In this document: piece by piece, positions 1 through 13,816 of the stretch
Layout: the number at the start of each line of letters is the position of its first letter
Position numbering within the stretch: the first letter of the stretch is position 1
Source of the DNA: Dimorphilus gyrociliatus
Taxonomy: Eukaryota; Animalia; Annelida
Assembly: GCA_904063045.1 (NCBI GenBank)
Contig: CAJFCJ010000001.1
Span: 2,790,001 to 2,854,000 of the forward strand
DNA length: 64,000 nt
Direction: 5' to 3'
Translations under genes and position numbers: made by a program
Notes under the pieces: model-generated
Seen by the model: only the letters and a program-made list of their open reading frames with translations
Told to the model about the DNA's origin: nothing
Databases searched by the model: none

Positions 1-430
1 AAGATGTAAAATTAGCCGGTTTAATTCAATATGAACAAACTGATAGTAAGTTATTAGAATAAGAATATATTTTATATGTTCATTGCTTATTAATCATCAT
101 TAATTATTTTTTGAAGATGAGGATAACTCTCAATTAAAAAGAAAGCACGAAGTAATTAATCAATCTATTTTCTCAAAAAAGTCTGGTTCTAAATCAAAAA
201 CTTTTCCATCTTTAAAATTATCCTCAAACCCCGTTCAAAAAGATACATCGTTAAAATTGTCGTCACCTTTAGTAAGAAAGAAACAAAAAATGGAGACTGA
301 TAATGTACCTACAGAATCTAAAACAATTGATGATAGTGGTGGTGATAAAGATGAAATTAAAGTTGAAAAAACTTCTGGCATTTTATCACTATGCAAATAT
401 GACAGTTCAGGATCATCTGAAGATGAATAA
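1..430 (+). CDS. YJU2B: 3' end of CCDC130/YJU2B-like splicing factor (partial; exons <1-46 and 117-430)
   Basis: The spliced translation DVKLAGLIQYEQTDNEDNSQLKRKHEVINQSIF...GILSLCKYDSSGSSEDE* resembles the CCDC130 C-terminal region as I recall it. GT-AG intron 47-116 keeps the frame; TAA at 428-430. Not in the ORF track. Confidence 0.65.
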
Positions 431-818
431 AAAGTTAAAATTATCTCACTTTTCTATTCAATTTACTGTTTTGTATATAATTTAAATGTAATAAAAACTG
501 TGGTCTTTATAACTCAGTCAAAGGATTGAAAAAGTAGTTTTATATGCAAACAGCTTCAATGTTTATTTTTATGTAAAGTTTCTTTAGTCTTGTTGAATAA
601 TATTAAATGTATAAGCAAGATATAAAATAGAGCGTATAGGAAAAAATAAATATTCCCGCCAATTAATCCGGATGTAGTAACCCTCACTATGGTATTCATT
701 GGTTATTCAAAGAGTTGGCGACTGGTCACCCTAGTAACATCGCAAATTATCGCTCGTCTATCATGACAGTTTTAAACTAATTATTTATATTTACTGTTGA
801 ATTTAAAACTAACGGAAG

Positions 819-3800
819 ATGACGGATATAATTTGTAATTGGTTAAATAATGAAGTAAAGTTATCGAAGACGATAGGTTAGTTTTTATATTTAAATAAGT
901 CAATTTTTTTCCTAATCGAATACTTTTCAAATAGACGAAAGAAATTTTGCTTCTGAGCTCTCCTCTGGTTTTTTAATTGGTGAATTATTAGATAAATTTA
1001 AACTTCTAAATGATTTTGATCAGTTTTCCCAATCTGCGTAAGTTTCACGATAATTTTATCAATGTAGTTTGCTGTTATTAGGCCTGTTCATTGTTGTTAT
1101 ATGTATAAAGACTATAATAAATTCTCAGGACCGAAGATTCTAAGCTTAATAATTTTACGAGACTTGAACCAGTTATGAGCCTATTAGAAGTTCCTTTCGA
1201 TATAAAAATTGCCCGTAAAGTATGCATTATTTATTATCTAATTATAGTATTCTAAAGTAAAAGTATAATAATTATAATCTATTTAGATTATGACTGAACA
1301 ACCCGGAGTTGCGACAAAGCTTCTATATGAGTTATTTATTGCATTGAATAAGAAAGAAAAGAACAAATTAACTGGAGTTGCTATGGAAACAATGAGACCA
1401 GCAGCACCAGTTAAATTGGAAAGAGTTGAATCGACAATTTATAAAAATGTAAAATATTTTGATAAAAAGACTAATTTTTAATTAAAGTTTAACTGATTTT
1501 TCATTTTTTCATTAATATTATTTCTATTATAGAAATTAAAGCAAGTTACACCAAGACAAACTGACAACAATCTTCAGAGTATCTCGAATAGATATATTGA
1601 TGCTAGAATTGAGAAGGAAAAGACCAACTTTCAAGAAGCTTACGAAGAAAAACTAGAGCATGAAAGATGGATACAAGAAAAAAGACAAGAGGAGCTTGAT
1701 CTACAGAAGAATCGTATTGAAAAACGAACGGAAATGTTGGCTAAAATACAGTAAGCATATCTAGCATATTTACAATATAAAAAACATGTTACATAAAATT
1801 GTTTTGATAATATTTAATCCTATTTTATTGTGTTATAATTAAAAATTAGATATATTACTTTTCCTTTCCTTTCCCTAATTAAGCATTGAAGAAGATTATT
1901 TGTTCAGGAACAAGAGTATTCAAAGTGGTACCAGTGTATCAACTAGGCATGAAATCAATTTTATTATTAATAGTTGCAAAACAACAACAACAAAAATATG
2001 ATAAAATATAAATATTTATGATTTATAGCATGATTGCTTTATATATTGTTTATACGTTTTACCTACTGTATGATCCTTGAACAAATTATACACCTTGTTT
2101 TTTTATGATTAACGTATAATCAACAAATTTGCATCTTCTAAAAGCATTCTTTTCTTTATTATTCTCTATTCTCTTTTAGTATCAATAAGTAAAATATCAC
2201 TCTTTATCACTTTTCTAGAGCTGCTATTGTAAAAATTCCAAAACCACCACCGAGTCAAACTGTTAAAGCTATACAGTACAGGAAAAAAATGAGAAAACTG
2301 CAAGAGGCCGAGGTAAAAGTTTCTTTCAACTCGATTAAAATCTTTATCGATTGTAGAGTAATTTAAAATTTAATTAATTAATAGAACATGAAGAATGATA
2401 TTGATGCTTTTGAAGCGAAGAAAGTTAGACAATTACCTCAAAGCATGGATGACGAGGACATGATGTAGATTATTTCCTTTTTCGTTGTTCTTTATATCAC
2501 ATACTCTAATATTTTTATGATAGGGACGGTGATCACGGAGGATTAGCTATGGGAACACACGTTGAAGGTGTAGAAATGATAAAACCACGCTCCAATGATG
2601 CTTATATCAATAAAATTAAGAAGAAATTAAATGAAGACCACTTGGCGCGGGAAGAGAGGGAGAAACGTCGGCGTAAAATTCTTGTCGATCAGATGAAAGC
2701 TCACGAAGCTCAAGAGGTAATTTAGTTTGTTATAATTAGTGACTTGTTTCTTTCTAACTAAAACCTTATATCTTAACTAGGAAGCTCGTAGGGAAGAGCA
2801 ACTTGTCAATAGATTACTTAGACAATCCCAACAAGAGAGAAGAATAGCTACTCAAATGCTTCAGTCTCGTAAGGAGAAGAGTGTTATTAGGCAAAATCGA
2901 ATTGCAAGAGAAGAACAGTACGCTGAAGCCAGAGCCAAAGAATTCCAAGAAGCCTTGGAGAGAGAAGCTGTAAGTTTTCTGCATATTTTAAATCATATGA
3001 AATTGACATTAGTAATCCTTTTTTTATCAAACAAATAAAGGAAATTGCAAGATTGGCTAAATTGGAATATGAGGATGAGGCGAGAAAGGAGAAGGAATTG
3101 CATCAACAATTGATGGAGGAAAAGAGAGCTGCTCAATATCAGAAACATTATGATAAATGTATGATCGACGTTCTCGATATCATTGATTTAGCAACAAAAA
3201 CTGCAGAATACAGAGAATTAACTCAAAAGTAACTGAATCAGTGGCAGACGTTATATTTAATTTAATAATGTGTTACATTTGTACAGATTAATACCCCCAA
3301 AAGTTATGAGAGACTGGTACACATTGTATACAAGCGGACTTCCTTTGTACGAAAATCCTCTTCCCGCTAAAATATCCGATGAACCAACTGTCGAAGAGGT
3401 ACTTGAAATTGAGAGGCAAAATCTACTTGATGAGGCTGACTTCAATGAATATAGAGTAAGAATTTTTTTAAATCTATCTAATTTGTTATTCTAATTAAAC
3501 CATAATTACTTTCCTTTAAAGAATTTCTCAGGAGAATGGAATCCACCCGATGGAACAGAAATTGATGGTCCACCCGGGAATAATCCTATTTTAGGACATA
3601 TAGTACAACGCTTATTTGATTTGGTTCATCCACCTTCGGTAAACAATTGTAAACGTTATAGTATTTACTACAATTAATATGCTAATTATAACTTTTAGCC
3701 TCCACCGGAAGCTCCGGTATTACCTGACTTCCCAATTAGATTAAGCGTACTTGGAAAACCCTTTGCTGGAAAATCAACAATCTTAAAGATGATTAGTGGC

Positions 3801-4423
3801 AGTTAGTTTATCACTTTGAGAGAGATATTTCTCTTCCGATTAAAAGAATGCGTTGTTTTCTTTCTCTAGCTCGAAAAGTGAAAGTTCTTCAAGTTGATTC
3901 TCTTATCGAAGAGTGTATTATGGCTTTTAAGAATAAGGAAGTAATCGAACCTCCTCCAGTTGTTGAAGAAGTGAAAGAGAAACAAGATACAGAAGATCAA
4001 GAGAAGAGTAATAATAAATTCATAAAGCGTAATCAATAAATCAATTCTATTTTTGTACTTTCTACCTTTAGGTGTAGAAAACCAATCGGAAGCCGAAGTT
4101 CCACAACCCCCTCCAGTAATTAAGAAAGAGAAAGCAAAGAAAGGCAAATCTCGAAATGTTGGTCCCAAGGTGATAGATATTGTAAAAGTCTAATAATGAC
4201 AAAAAAAACCCCTGCCAAAATATTAATATATAACTAATTTTACATATCAATTTTTGCTTTATTAATACTAATACCAGCAGTTATATTTTTTTAGTTCTGT
4301 TTGTTTACAACATTTATTCACAATAACTATGGGATCAATGATAAAAACAAAACAAACTCGGGTTTGGCTTTCATTGTAAATATTATTAACAATATAATAA
4401 ATAAAAATAGAAGAAGAAGAGAC

Positions 4424-4465
<42 letters not shown>

Positions 4466-7400
4466 CAGGAATCGGGATAATTGTTTTTATTCATTGTTAA
4501 TCTATTGTTGTGTTATTTATTTTAAGTTTATGTTGTAAAACTTTTAAACTTTACTAACAGCAATAATTAACTAAATGAGTAAATTTATGTAAGATATCAT
4601 TTTGACCCTTTTCCTTCTCTTATTAATCTTATATACTACTTAGCTTGTTAATAATAATACTAATAACTATTGGTCATTTCTTATTTTTGCCCCTATATAT
4701 TTTTATAGCCTTCAGTAAGGGCTGAATTAGGGGGAAGAGCTCTCGCTTTGTTGAAAAAAGGAAAGCCGATTGATGATGAATTGTTAGTAGAGATATTTAG
4801 TGAAGCCATCAAGTAAGTTGCTTGTGTATTTTCTCTTTTAGTCATACTCAATTAATTCCATCTTTTTATTAAATAGCCGATTAGAAAATGGTACTGGATG
4901 GGTACTTGATGGATTTCCAAATAATTTTAATCAAGCTAAGCTTTTAGAGAAAGCTTTAACAGGAGAGGATCCTACCATTGACAAGAAAGGGAAGAAAAAG
5001 AAGTCGGAATTGGCCCCTGATCCAAGGCCGCCTCCTCCCCCTCCTGAGAAGAAAAGCTTCTTGAACGTCATTGTTTATTTCAATCTTTCAGATGATCTCT
5101 GCATGAAAAGGAGCATAGGTCGAACTAGTTAGTTGAAGCATAAGTCCTTTCCTTCCTTAGTTAATAAACCCATATTTTTCCCCTTCCAATTCACCTAGAA
5201 CAATTGCAAAATGAATCTGTCGAATATCATCCAGAATTTAACCCTCCTCCAGAAGGTTCATCAACAGGCGTGAAGGGAGAAGAAATGCTCGTTGATGTAA
5301 CGGATTTCTCTCATGACAAAGAACAGCTTCAAACCAGACTAACAAACTTTCATGAGAATTGGCCTAAATTGGAGAAATTCTATAAAAAGTACTGTCGTCT
5401 TGAATCGATCGATTGCAGTTTACCGGCAACTAGCGTTGGTCTGGAATTGGAAGATATAATGGATGACACATTAGATAGGGTAATTTATATATAGCAATAA
5501 TTAGTACGGTATTAGTACAAGATTTCCTTCAAATTTAGATTTTGAAACGCGGCGCCTACGAAGAGTTGCCTCCCCCACCAGAACCAGAGCCTGAGCCTGT
5601 TAAAGAACCTGTGGAAGAACCGAAACCTGAGGTGCCAGCCGAACCTGAAAAGCCTCCTACTCCAGTTACACCACCAGGATCCGGTAAGAAGAAAGGAAAA
5701 AGATCAGCATCTCAGAGTCCTAGTTCGAGCAAACGTGGACGATCAGCCGGTAAGAAGGATAAAGAGGATAGTGGTAAGAAGAGTAGAGAATCTTCTGGCG
5801 GTAAAAAGTCAAAATCACCAAAAGGAGGTAAAAGGAAGAAGAGCAAATCTGAACCAGAGCCCGAACCTCCCGCACCTGAAAGCCTTTTGCCTCCTGCACC
5901 ACCACCCATTCAACCAGGTTCGGAGGAATGGACTTGGGTTGATCAACCACTTCCTGAAGAGCTTTCCGCAGCAATTTGTGGTCAGTGGGAAGCAATCGAA
6001 GGAACTTATTCGAAAAACAACAAGGCAGTATTTAGGAAGATCAGAGATGAAAGGGAAAATGTTATCCGGTATTTATACGATATCAGACAAGAATTTCTCT
6101 GCTATCTAAGGCGACCAGATCAGAAGCAAGATCGTATAAGAATTTGGCAAAAAGAATTTAACGCAATTCCAGATGACTTAAGAGATGATGAGGAACAACG
6201 ATCAGAACTTCACGAAAGAGTAGACGATCTTCAAGACACGCTTTGGGAAATGTCTGATGAACGGAAAGCTGCTGCAGAGAAAGAGATCGATGCTATAGTT
6301 AAAGATGGGTGGTTAGATGACCGTATCGGATTCCTAATCAATCATTATTTATCTCTTATGCAAGTAGAAGCCGATAGATATCAAGATTCAATGAGACTTC
6401 TTAAAGACTATTATAGAGGAATGGAAGGAAAAATTCCAGATGAGGCAAACAAAGGTTTCTTCCGAATGCCGTTAGTAGAGGTAATAATTGACTTTAGGCC
6501 TAAGTTTTATAAAGTAATAATATATTTTCAATAATCTTTGATACCATAACAGTTGGAAACTCAATCGGGAGTTGAATCAGTTAGCAGACCAGCAACTCCA
6601 GCTTCCCAAGGTAACATTGGAGATGGTACGAAATTGGAAGGTGCTGGCACTCCTTCCAACGTTACTTCCCCATCTCGGCAGGGAAGTGCCAAGAGTGGAG
6701 GTCGACGATCAGCATCTCCAAAAGCTAGAAAGGGTAGTGGTAAGAAACGATCTATATCGAAGATTGAAAAAGAAGAAGTCTTAACTCAACAGTTGATGGA
6801 TCCAGAAAGTAAAACTGTCTCGTTAGTATTTTAGAATTATCGAGTTGAAATCGTCAAGTTTATACTTTATTTTATTGGAATTAGTATACCTCTCATTCCA
6901 CGACGACCTACATCTCCAGATGGACAAGGTAAGGGAAAAGGAAGTACTGCTAAGAAGAAAGAAGCTCAAAATGACGACGCCCCTACTCCTCCCGAAGACT
7001 TGGATGAGCGTCTTTTATTCGACGGACTTCAGAATTGTATTCAAACAATTGATAGAATATTAGCAGCTGAAATAGCTGCTAAAGAGGCTGAGGAACAAGC
7101 TGAAAGGGAAAGTGAACTTCAAAAAGAAAGAGAGCAAGCAGCAGAAAAAGAAAAGGCTGCAAAGGGTAATAAAAAGGACAAAAAGGATAAGAAAGGCAAA
7201 GCAAGTCCAAGGAATCGCAGTAGAACACCATCTGGTAAGAAAGGAAAGAAGGAAAAAGTTGAAGAACCCCCTGTAGAGAGCACTCCCGCACGTGAGATCC
7301 ATATTTAACTAGAACTAGTTATCTAATCACACCATCAACAGTAAAACAAATGAAAAGCATGTTAAAAAACTAGGCTTCCCTTAATTCCTTGAAAAGAGAT

Positions 7401-10400
7401 TAATAATATTAATCGATTTTTTTAGTCGAAATTTTAGAAATATAGACAAACTGTATTTAGTTATATTAGTATATATAAATTGTTTGTAATTGTATATATA
7501 GCCGAAATTTCTGAAGAGGAAAAGGCGGCAAAAAAATTGAAGGAAGATATGAAACTGGAATATTTCGCTGCCCTTCAAAATGAAGGTTAATTAATAGTAA
7601 TTTATTCATATAAAACTTTATTAATTTATTAAACTTCTAGCCGAAAGTGTTAAAAAAAGAGTGAATTTGATAAGATACGTTGCATTGGCAACAATGGCTG
7701 ATTTAAGATCTAAAGCCGAGGTTGCTTATAAAGATATGGATGATTGGTTAGGTTCAAGATTCCTTAAGGAGATGGATAGGTAAAGATTAATTGTGTTTAT
7801 TAAAATCTTTACATCGCTCATTTAATTCCTATTTCAGCATTAAATATTTAACAACCGTTATGAAACACGCCATCGAAAGCGGAACAAAGATTAGAGAAGA
7901 GTTAGAAATTGATCAAGATCAATTTGTCATATCAGAGGTAAGTTCGCAAAAGTTTAGAATGTAATCACGTGACAAATTAAACAGTATCTACAATAATATA
8001 ATGTTACTCTATATTTATTACGTTATTGAAGCGACATAGCTCAACAAACGAACAAACAAAAACATAAATTTAATTTCTATGCCTAAAATGAGAATCATTG
8101 TAAAAAAAGAAAAACTAGACAAACAAACAAATAGTTAAGAGAATAGAAAATATACGAAAAGCTGTGAAAATGTTTGCTCCCGACTCCTTAGAAACCACTT
8201 TCCAATCGGCAACAAAATACCTATTTTGTGTATATACATATTTTAATATTACATATTTTATTGTATATATTAAAATATTTTATAATAATTACCTAATACC
8301 TTACCTGATTACCTGCCTACCTTTTAATCCTAATTTGTTTGCCCCCTTTAAAGATTCCATTAAAAGACCTTGAAGATAATATGAAAGTTGATCCCAGATT
8401 TTATGTAAACTCGGTATATATTTACCTTTTCTTGAGAATTTTCTCATTTTTATTTTTAAAAAAACGTCTTTTTTTAAGTTTATAGTTTTAGTTCTTTAAT
8501 TTTTTGGCTACTTTCTAACGTTTTTTATTTTATTGTTTCTTACAATTTTTCTTACCTTATGAATATTCATAATGTATATAAGAAATATGCATAAAGGCGT
8601 ACACTACATATAATGTATATTTTCATATAAATATATATATATATATATATATAAATTTATACAGTGCATTTATATATATATATATATTAAATATATACAT
8701 TTATTTTATATTTAAGAATTAATTTGCATATATTTGCATTAATTATAATAAGAACATTAATAATATTTTATCAAACTAACTGTGAGTATTGTTTTAAGGA
8801 CACCATATACTTTGAGGCGGAGGTTAATAAAGCACTTTCACTAGCAAACTAAGCATGGATTATTTAGAGATCAATTTAGATAATAATATTACTATTCAAA
8901 GCATGTTTGTTTATAAACTTGAACCGACATTCTCACTACATTTTTTAGTCTAAAACAAAAAAAAAGGTTTTATATAGCGTTTTTTCTTTTTAGCCTTACT
9001 TTTATATATATTATAATATATATATATATATTAAAATAAAAAATTATTCATGCATAAATTAATATGCAAATTAGTAAAAGAAAAAACCAAAACATTTACA
9101 CGGGACAGGAGTAAAATTTTTTTTTGCATTAATTGAATGTTTCCCCTTTTTATTTTAACATATTTTTTTTTTTAATTTATTACTTTTTTATTATTTTTGT
9201 TATATTTTTATTTTGTAGCTTTTTGTTATTAAAACAACAAACAAACAATTAAATATTAAAACATTTTTTTTTCTAAGCACCGCTCGAAACTTGGAGTTTT
9301 TTTTTTCTTTTTGTTAATTTGATACTTTTATCTTTTTTTTATACACGTTTTCGTAACCCAACCAAAAAAAAATCCCTCTCCCTTTACCACTTTTTGAAGA
9401 CTTCATCACAAGAAAATGTTAAAGAATGCAACAATTTATTTTTATTTTCCTTTTTCTTTCTATTGAATGAACTAGAGATTAAATTTGTGTTTATCTACAG
9501 GATACTAAAGTTGTTAGAACTCCTACGCCTCCTCCACCGCCTGAAGTTAAGGAAGCACTTCATCACGATACTTTTACGGTTGAACAATTATTAAATGTCT
9601 TTAGACAATTTTCCCAAACTGCCCCTGATGGCCTAATGTCGGTTCAGTCGTTTGTTGAAACTTTCTCGAGTTTAATATCCCTTAGCCATGGGACCGAACA
9701 ATTACCTGATATGTGGTTACAAGCCACTAATCATCAAGTTGAATCGTTGGCTTTTAATTTGTCAGCAGATGGCGAATACGTTGACTGGCATTTGCTTATG
9801 CTTCATATTGCCCAGCCTTGGCCTATGCCAACCCAAAGTCAACTCTTGGAGACTCTTGAAGCTTTCAAACAAATGGATCAACGATCAACAAACTTTGTAA
9901 CTAGGGAGCAGTACGACGCTATACATCTTTGGTTCCTTAGCGATGAGGAAAAGGCTAAGAAAAGTAAAGAGGAAAAGAAAGCAACCGCCGATATAGAGGA
10001 AGAGTCAACTGAACCAATAATTATTGAAACTTTTGATAGACTGGGTCATTTGAAAGCGGCATTTTTCGAAATATTTGCAGATCAAAGACAAAAACAACCA
10101 ACTGTAAATTATATCGATATGGTAAATATAATCATATTTTTCCATCATTAATAGTTAAATTTCCCCTATTTTTCAATTATTATTACTTTTTCAGTTATTA
10201 TACTTTTCCTTATCGCACGATTCAAACGATGGATTTTTAAGAGCTTTAAGTGTTGCCAGTGGAAAACATATGCCTCGCTTATCAGGCAAAATGCCTGTAC
10301 ACATTCCTATAAATCATACGTAAGGTTATTCTATACATAGTTTAATGGAATAATACCAACAAACAATTTTTCAGTGAAGATAAAGGACCTCAAATGATTG

Positions 10401-10919
10401 CTGGCGCTTCCCGTCATACAACATTAATGGCTAAGGAAACTTTATTCGAACCACCAACTGATATTCCCGATGATGCAATCGAAGCTGCCGTTAAAATGGA
10501 CGATCTTTATAAAGTTTTACATCATGCACAGAATGAAAGGGGCGATAGTCACCGCTTTAGCGTTATGACTAATCCGGAACAAGTCTTTTCAAGGGTAAGT
10601 AGAAACAACTCAACCGGATTCTTTTTCTCTTTTTTCTTGGCAAGTAAAAATATTCTTCTATAGGATCGACTTGCTGGAGTTTGGCATGAATTAGGTTACA
10701 CGGAAGAGGAAGCTATATCCCTAATACTATTAATAGAACATCCAATCATCTCCGAAATGATATCCATATGCAATACCTATACATTTGTGGTAAATTTTAT
10801 ATTGTTATTCAATTGTTTAAGCGATTTAACGTTTCGTTTCTCACCAGGATTTAAAGACTGTTATACCACCTCAATTTTTAGAGACAGCCGATATTACAAG
10901 TATTAAAACAGGCGATTAA
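819..10919 (+). CDS. SPEF2: Sperm flagellar protein 2 (multi-exon; CH domain, adenylate-kinase-like P-loop region, EF-hand-like C-terminus)
   Basis: ATG 819 MTDIICNWLNNEVKLSKTI, then ERNFASELSSGFLIGELL and TEQPGVATKLLYELFIAL (SPEF2 N-terminus), GKPFAGKST P-loop, GWVLDGFP and EYHPEFNPPPEGS. ORF-track pieces at 1290, 2856, 3270, 5204, 5542, 7000, 9636 and 10394 join across GT-AG introns; TAA at 10917-10919. Confidence 0.93.
4428..4458. repeat. (AG)n microsatellite in a SPEF2 intron
   Basis: Uninterrupted AG dinucleotide run. Confidence 0.95.
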
Positions 10920-11172
10920 AAAGAACACAACAATTGTATTATTTTATATATTCAATAAAATAGTTTATTATTTAATTACTTTATAATTTTAACAGAAAAA
11001 TATATGAATAATACAGTATATTCATAATTTATGTAAAATTTATTACTAAATTAAGCACTTTGAATTAAATGAATTAAGGAAAAGAAAGAATTATCTTAAT
11101 TCTAACAGTAACGTATTAGAAAATAGATATGCATGGAGAATGTTCTAGATATCTTTTAACATTTGTTTCAAG

Positions 11173-12129
11173 CTACAGATTTGTTTTTGAGAATTTTTGT
11201 GTAAAAGCAGAAATATCAACATTTTCGTTTTCTGTAATGAACGGTTTGTTTAAAAGATCAGGATATCTTGGTCTCTCTTCAATATTTTTCTTTAAAGTTA
11301 AATTAATAAAATCATTAAATTCGTTGGAATATTCGTCTGGTGGTAAAGTTGGCGATGGGTTATTTAAAACTTCCATTATAGCGTCGAAATCGCACTTCCA
11401 TTTCCTGTACGGGTATTTACCAATTGTAAATTCTAGAATAGTTATTCCAAGACTCCATACATCAGATTTGGATGAAGAAGAGATGATATCATCGGATGGT
11501 ACAAGTTTCTCAGGAGCTAAATACGGCGTAGAACCAGCATTTGATTTAGTTAGAGAATCACTCATAACAACACCACAGATCCCGAAATCACATATTTTCA
11601 CTTGGCCGCCTTTATTAATAAGAATGTTAGATGGTTTAACGTCGCGATGTGCAACCCCTACTTCGCTGCGTAAAAAGAAAAGACCGCTAATGATTTGATA
11701 TGACATATTCCCGATAATCCTTTCATCTATTTTATAGCTTCCTTCCATTTCTGTAATATTCTGTCGAAGTTTATCTAAAGAGATGTCCATTCTTTCCATC
11801 AACATCCATAGTTCTCCGTCTGTGGCCATAGCACCGTAAAAGTTTACAGTATAAGGACAATGTAAACTCTTTATTGCAACATAAACTTCCATCATACTTC
11901 TTCTCTCTCCTTCTGCAAATGAAGTCGAAGTCATTTTCTTGACAGCGAAAGTCTTATTCGATTGACGATCACGAACAAAGTCAACAAAACCGTATCTTCC
12001 TTCACCCAAACGTTCAATAATATGTAAATCCTTCACACTTAATAGTAAATCATCACCATCTATTCTAACTTGAGCTTCAGTTCCTATCTTTTTAAAAAAA
12101 TCGTCTGACTGCGACTCTTGATGATTCAT
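11173..12129 (-). CDS. Dual-specificity MAP kinase kinase, MKK3/6-like, copy A (intronless CDS, 318 aa)
   Basis: Complete kinase motifs GEGRYG, AVK, CPYTVNFYGA, HRDVKPSN, DFG, SLTKS activation loop and APE. The C-terminal PSPTLP..EF.DF...LKK...ERP.Y..LL..PF pattern is MKK3/6-like. Confidence 0.9.
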   Translation of the reverse strand: MNHQESQSDDFFKKIGTEAQVRIDGDDLLLSVKDLHIIERLGEGRYGFVDFVRDRQSNKTFAVKKMTSTSFAEGERRSMMEVYVAIKSLHCPYTVNFYGAMATDGELWMLMERMDISLDKLRQNITEMEGSYKIDERIIGNMSYQIISGLFFLRSEVGVAHRDVKPSNILINKGGQVKICDFGICGVVMSDSLTKSNAGSTPYLAPEKLVPSDDIISSSSKSDVWSLGITILEFTIGKYPYRKWKCDFDAIMEVLNNPSPTLPPDEYSNEFNDFINLTLKKNIEERPRYPDLLNKPFITENENVDISAFTQKFSKTNL

Positions 12130-13125
12130 GATTGATGAAGCTGTTTTCGTTTACTATCGAATCAATAATGGTTATAATTTATGATGTTTCGTTTTCGAAA
12201 TGCCGATCAATACGATAACAACATAAAAAAGAAAAAATGATGATCTAACACATTCCTGGTAGGAATTTTGAAAAATTCTAAAGAGAGTGGTGTCTTTCAA
12301 CTTCTATTGATTATTACTCCTTTTTTGAATGGTTTAGTATATATTTTCTACTGTTTTATATCAAAATATCATAATAGAATATCCAATGGTTCTTCTGTTG
12401 TATTTTATATGTATAATCTTTTCTTACAATCTTCATTTATGTTAAGTGAATATCGTTTAACTTCCTGTCTAAACGATTCAAGCAAGAAAGGAACTTGTTT
12501 TAACCAAAATAGATGATAATTTCGATAAAGTTAATAAATCTTGTTGGACAGTCTTACTCACCACACTATTCTTAAAGCACTTAAAATATCTATACAACTA
12601 ATCAAGCATCAGTTTATCCAGTTAATAAATAATTTAACACTTCTGTTAATTTTTGAAGTCGTTCTGTAGACTGAAGTCTCGCACAGAAAAGTTTAATTAG
12701 GCCTATTATGGTTATCAGAAAATATTTTTCAAAAAAATTAAAGTAAAAGTAAAAATATAGGTATTGGACTTTTGGCATCGAAAGATAATGTAAAATTAGC
12801 TACTTAACGACAATGTTTTAACATAAAATTCAAATTTTGATATGTTCAATTTCATAAGGTGTATTACTATTTAGCGACTGAATACAGTTTGCAAAATGGT
12901 TGAACATGAGAAAAGTACACAGAGACGCCATTTTAAAAAGACTTTAAAGTATGGTATTTTGTAGAAAAGTGGCCAGCTTTCCTCTTTCTTCCGGTTTTAT
13001 CACGTGGTCTCGTAAGGGTCAATGTGATTTTGTTAAGGACTATCAAAAGTGGGGTTAGAGCACGTGTTTTTATTTAAATTATTTGTTATCTTTACTAACT
13101 GGTAATTAGATTAAAAGAGAGCAAA

Positions 13126-13816
13126 ATGTCATATTGCAGAGAAGAAGGTAAAATATATATAAATTTAGTGCTGCAATTGCTAAAGATTTAATTTTTCCAC
13201 AGGAAAAGACAAAATTGTGTTCTTAGAGAAGGATTCAGCAGTAAAAAATGATTCTAAGACCATGTCACTACTGCCTAGTGATCTTGAAGATGAGCCTGGA
13301 TTAGTGTTAGAAAATGGTGAGATCAACTGGAATTGTCCATGTTTAGGAGGAATGTCCTCTGGGCCTTGCGGCGTACCGGTAATTTAACAAAATATACATT
13401 TGCTTTTAATAAGGCATTTTAATTACGTAATATTATGTGAAAAAATTAAATAATAATAATAAGTAAAAGTAATAAGTAACCACACTGAATATAAACATAT
13501 TATAATTCTTCTGCGACATATTTCTTTACAGTTTAGGGAGGCTTTCTCATGCTTTCATTACAGGTAATCCATTATAAGTATTTAGTATAAGTATTAAATT
13601 TTAAAATTATATTCTACCAGTCAAGCTGATCAAAAAGGCTCAGATTGCTATGAAGAATTTGCTAAGATGACCGACTGTTTTAGAAAATATCCAGATATAT
13701 ATGCAGAACCTGATGGTAACAAAGAGGAAAATGATACAGAAGAAAGCACACCTGATGCGTCATCCGAACAAACCAGTGATGAAACTTCTGCAACTTCGGA
13801 TGGAAAAAAATCATAA
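13126..13816 (+). CDS. CHCHD4: Mitochondrial intermembrane space import oxidoreductase Mia40 (4 exons)
   Basis: MSYCREEGKDKIVF N-terminus, GEINWNCPCLGGM (CPC motif) and twin CX9C (CGVPFREAFSC; CYEEFAKMTDC), then an acidic tail. GT-AG introns; TAA 13814-13816. Not in the ORF track. Confidence 0.95.

Noticed and set aside
11129-11698. 189-aa plus-strand ORF, and similar antisense ORFs at 14824, 23334, 29142, 47418, 55432 and 59424
   Set aside because: These are shadows of real genes on the opposite strand, with no independent motifs.
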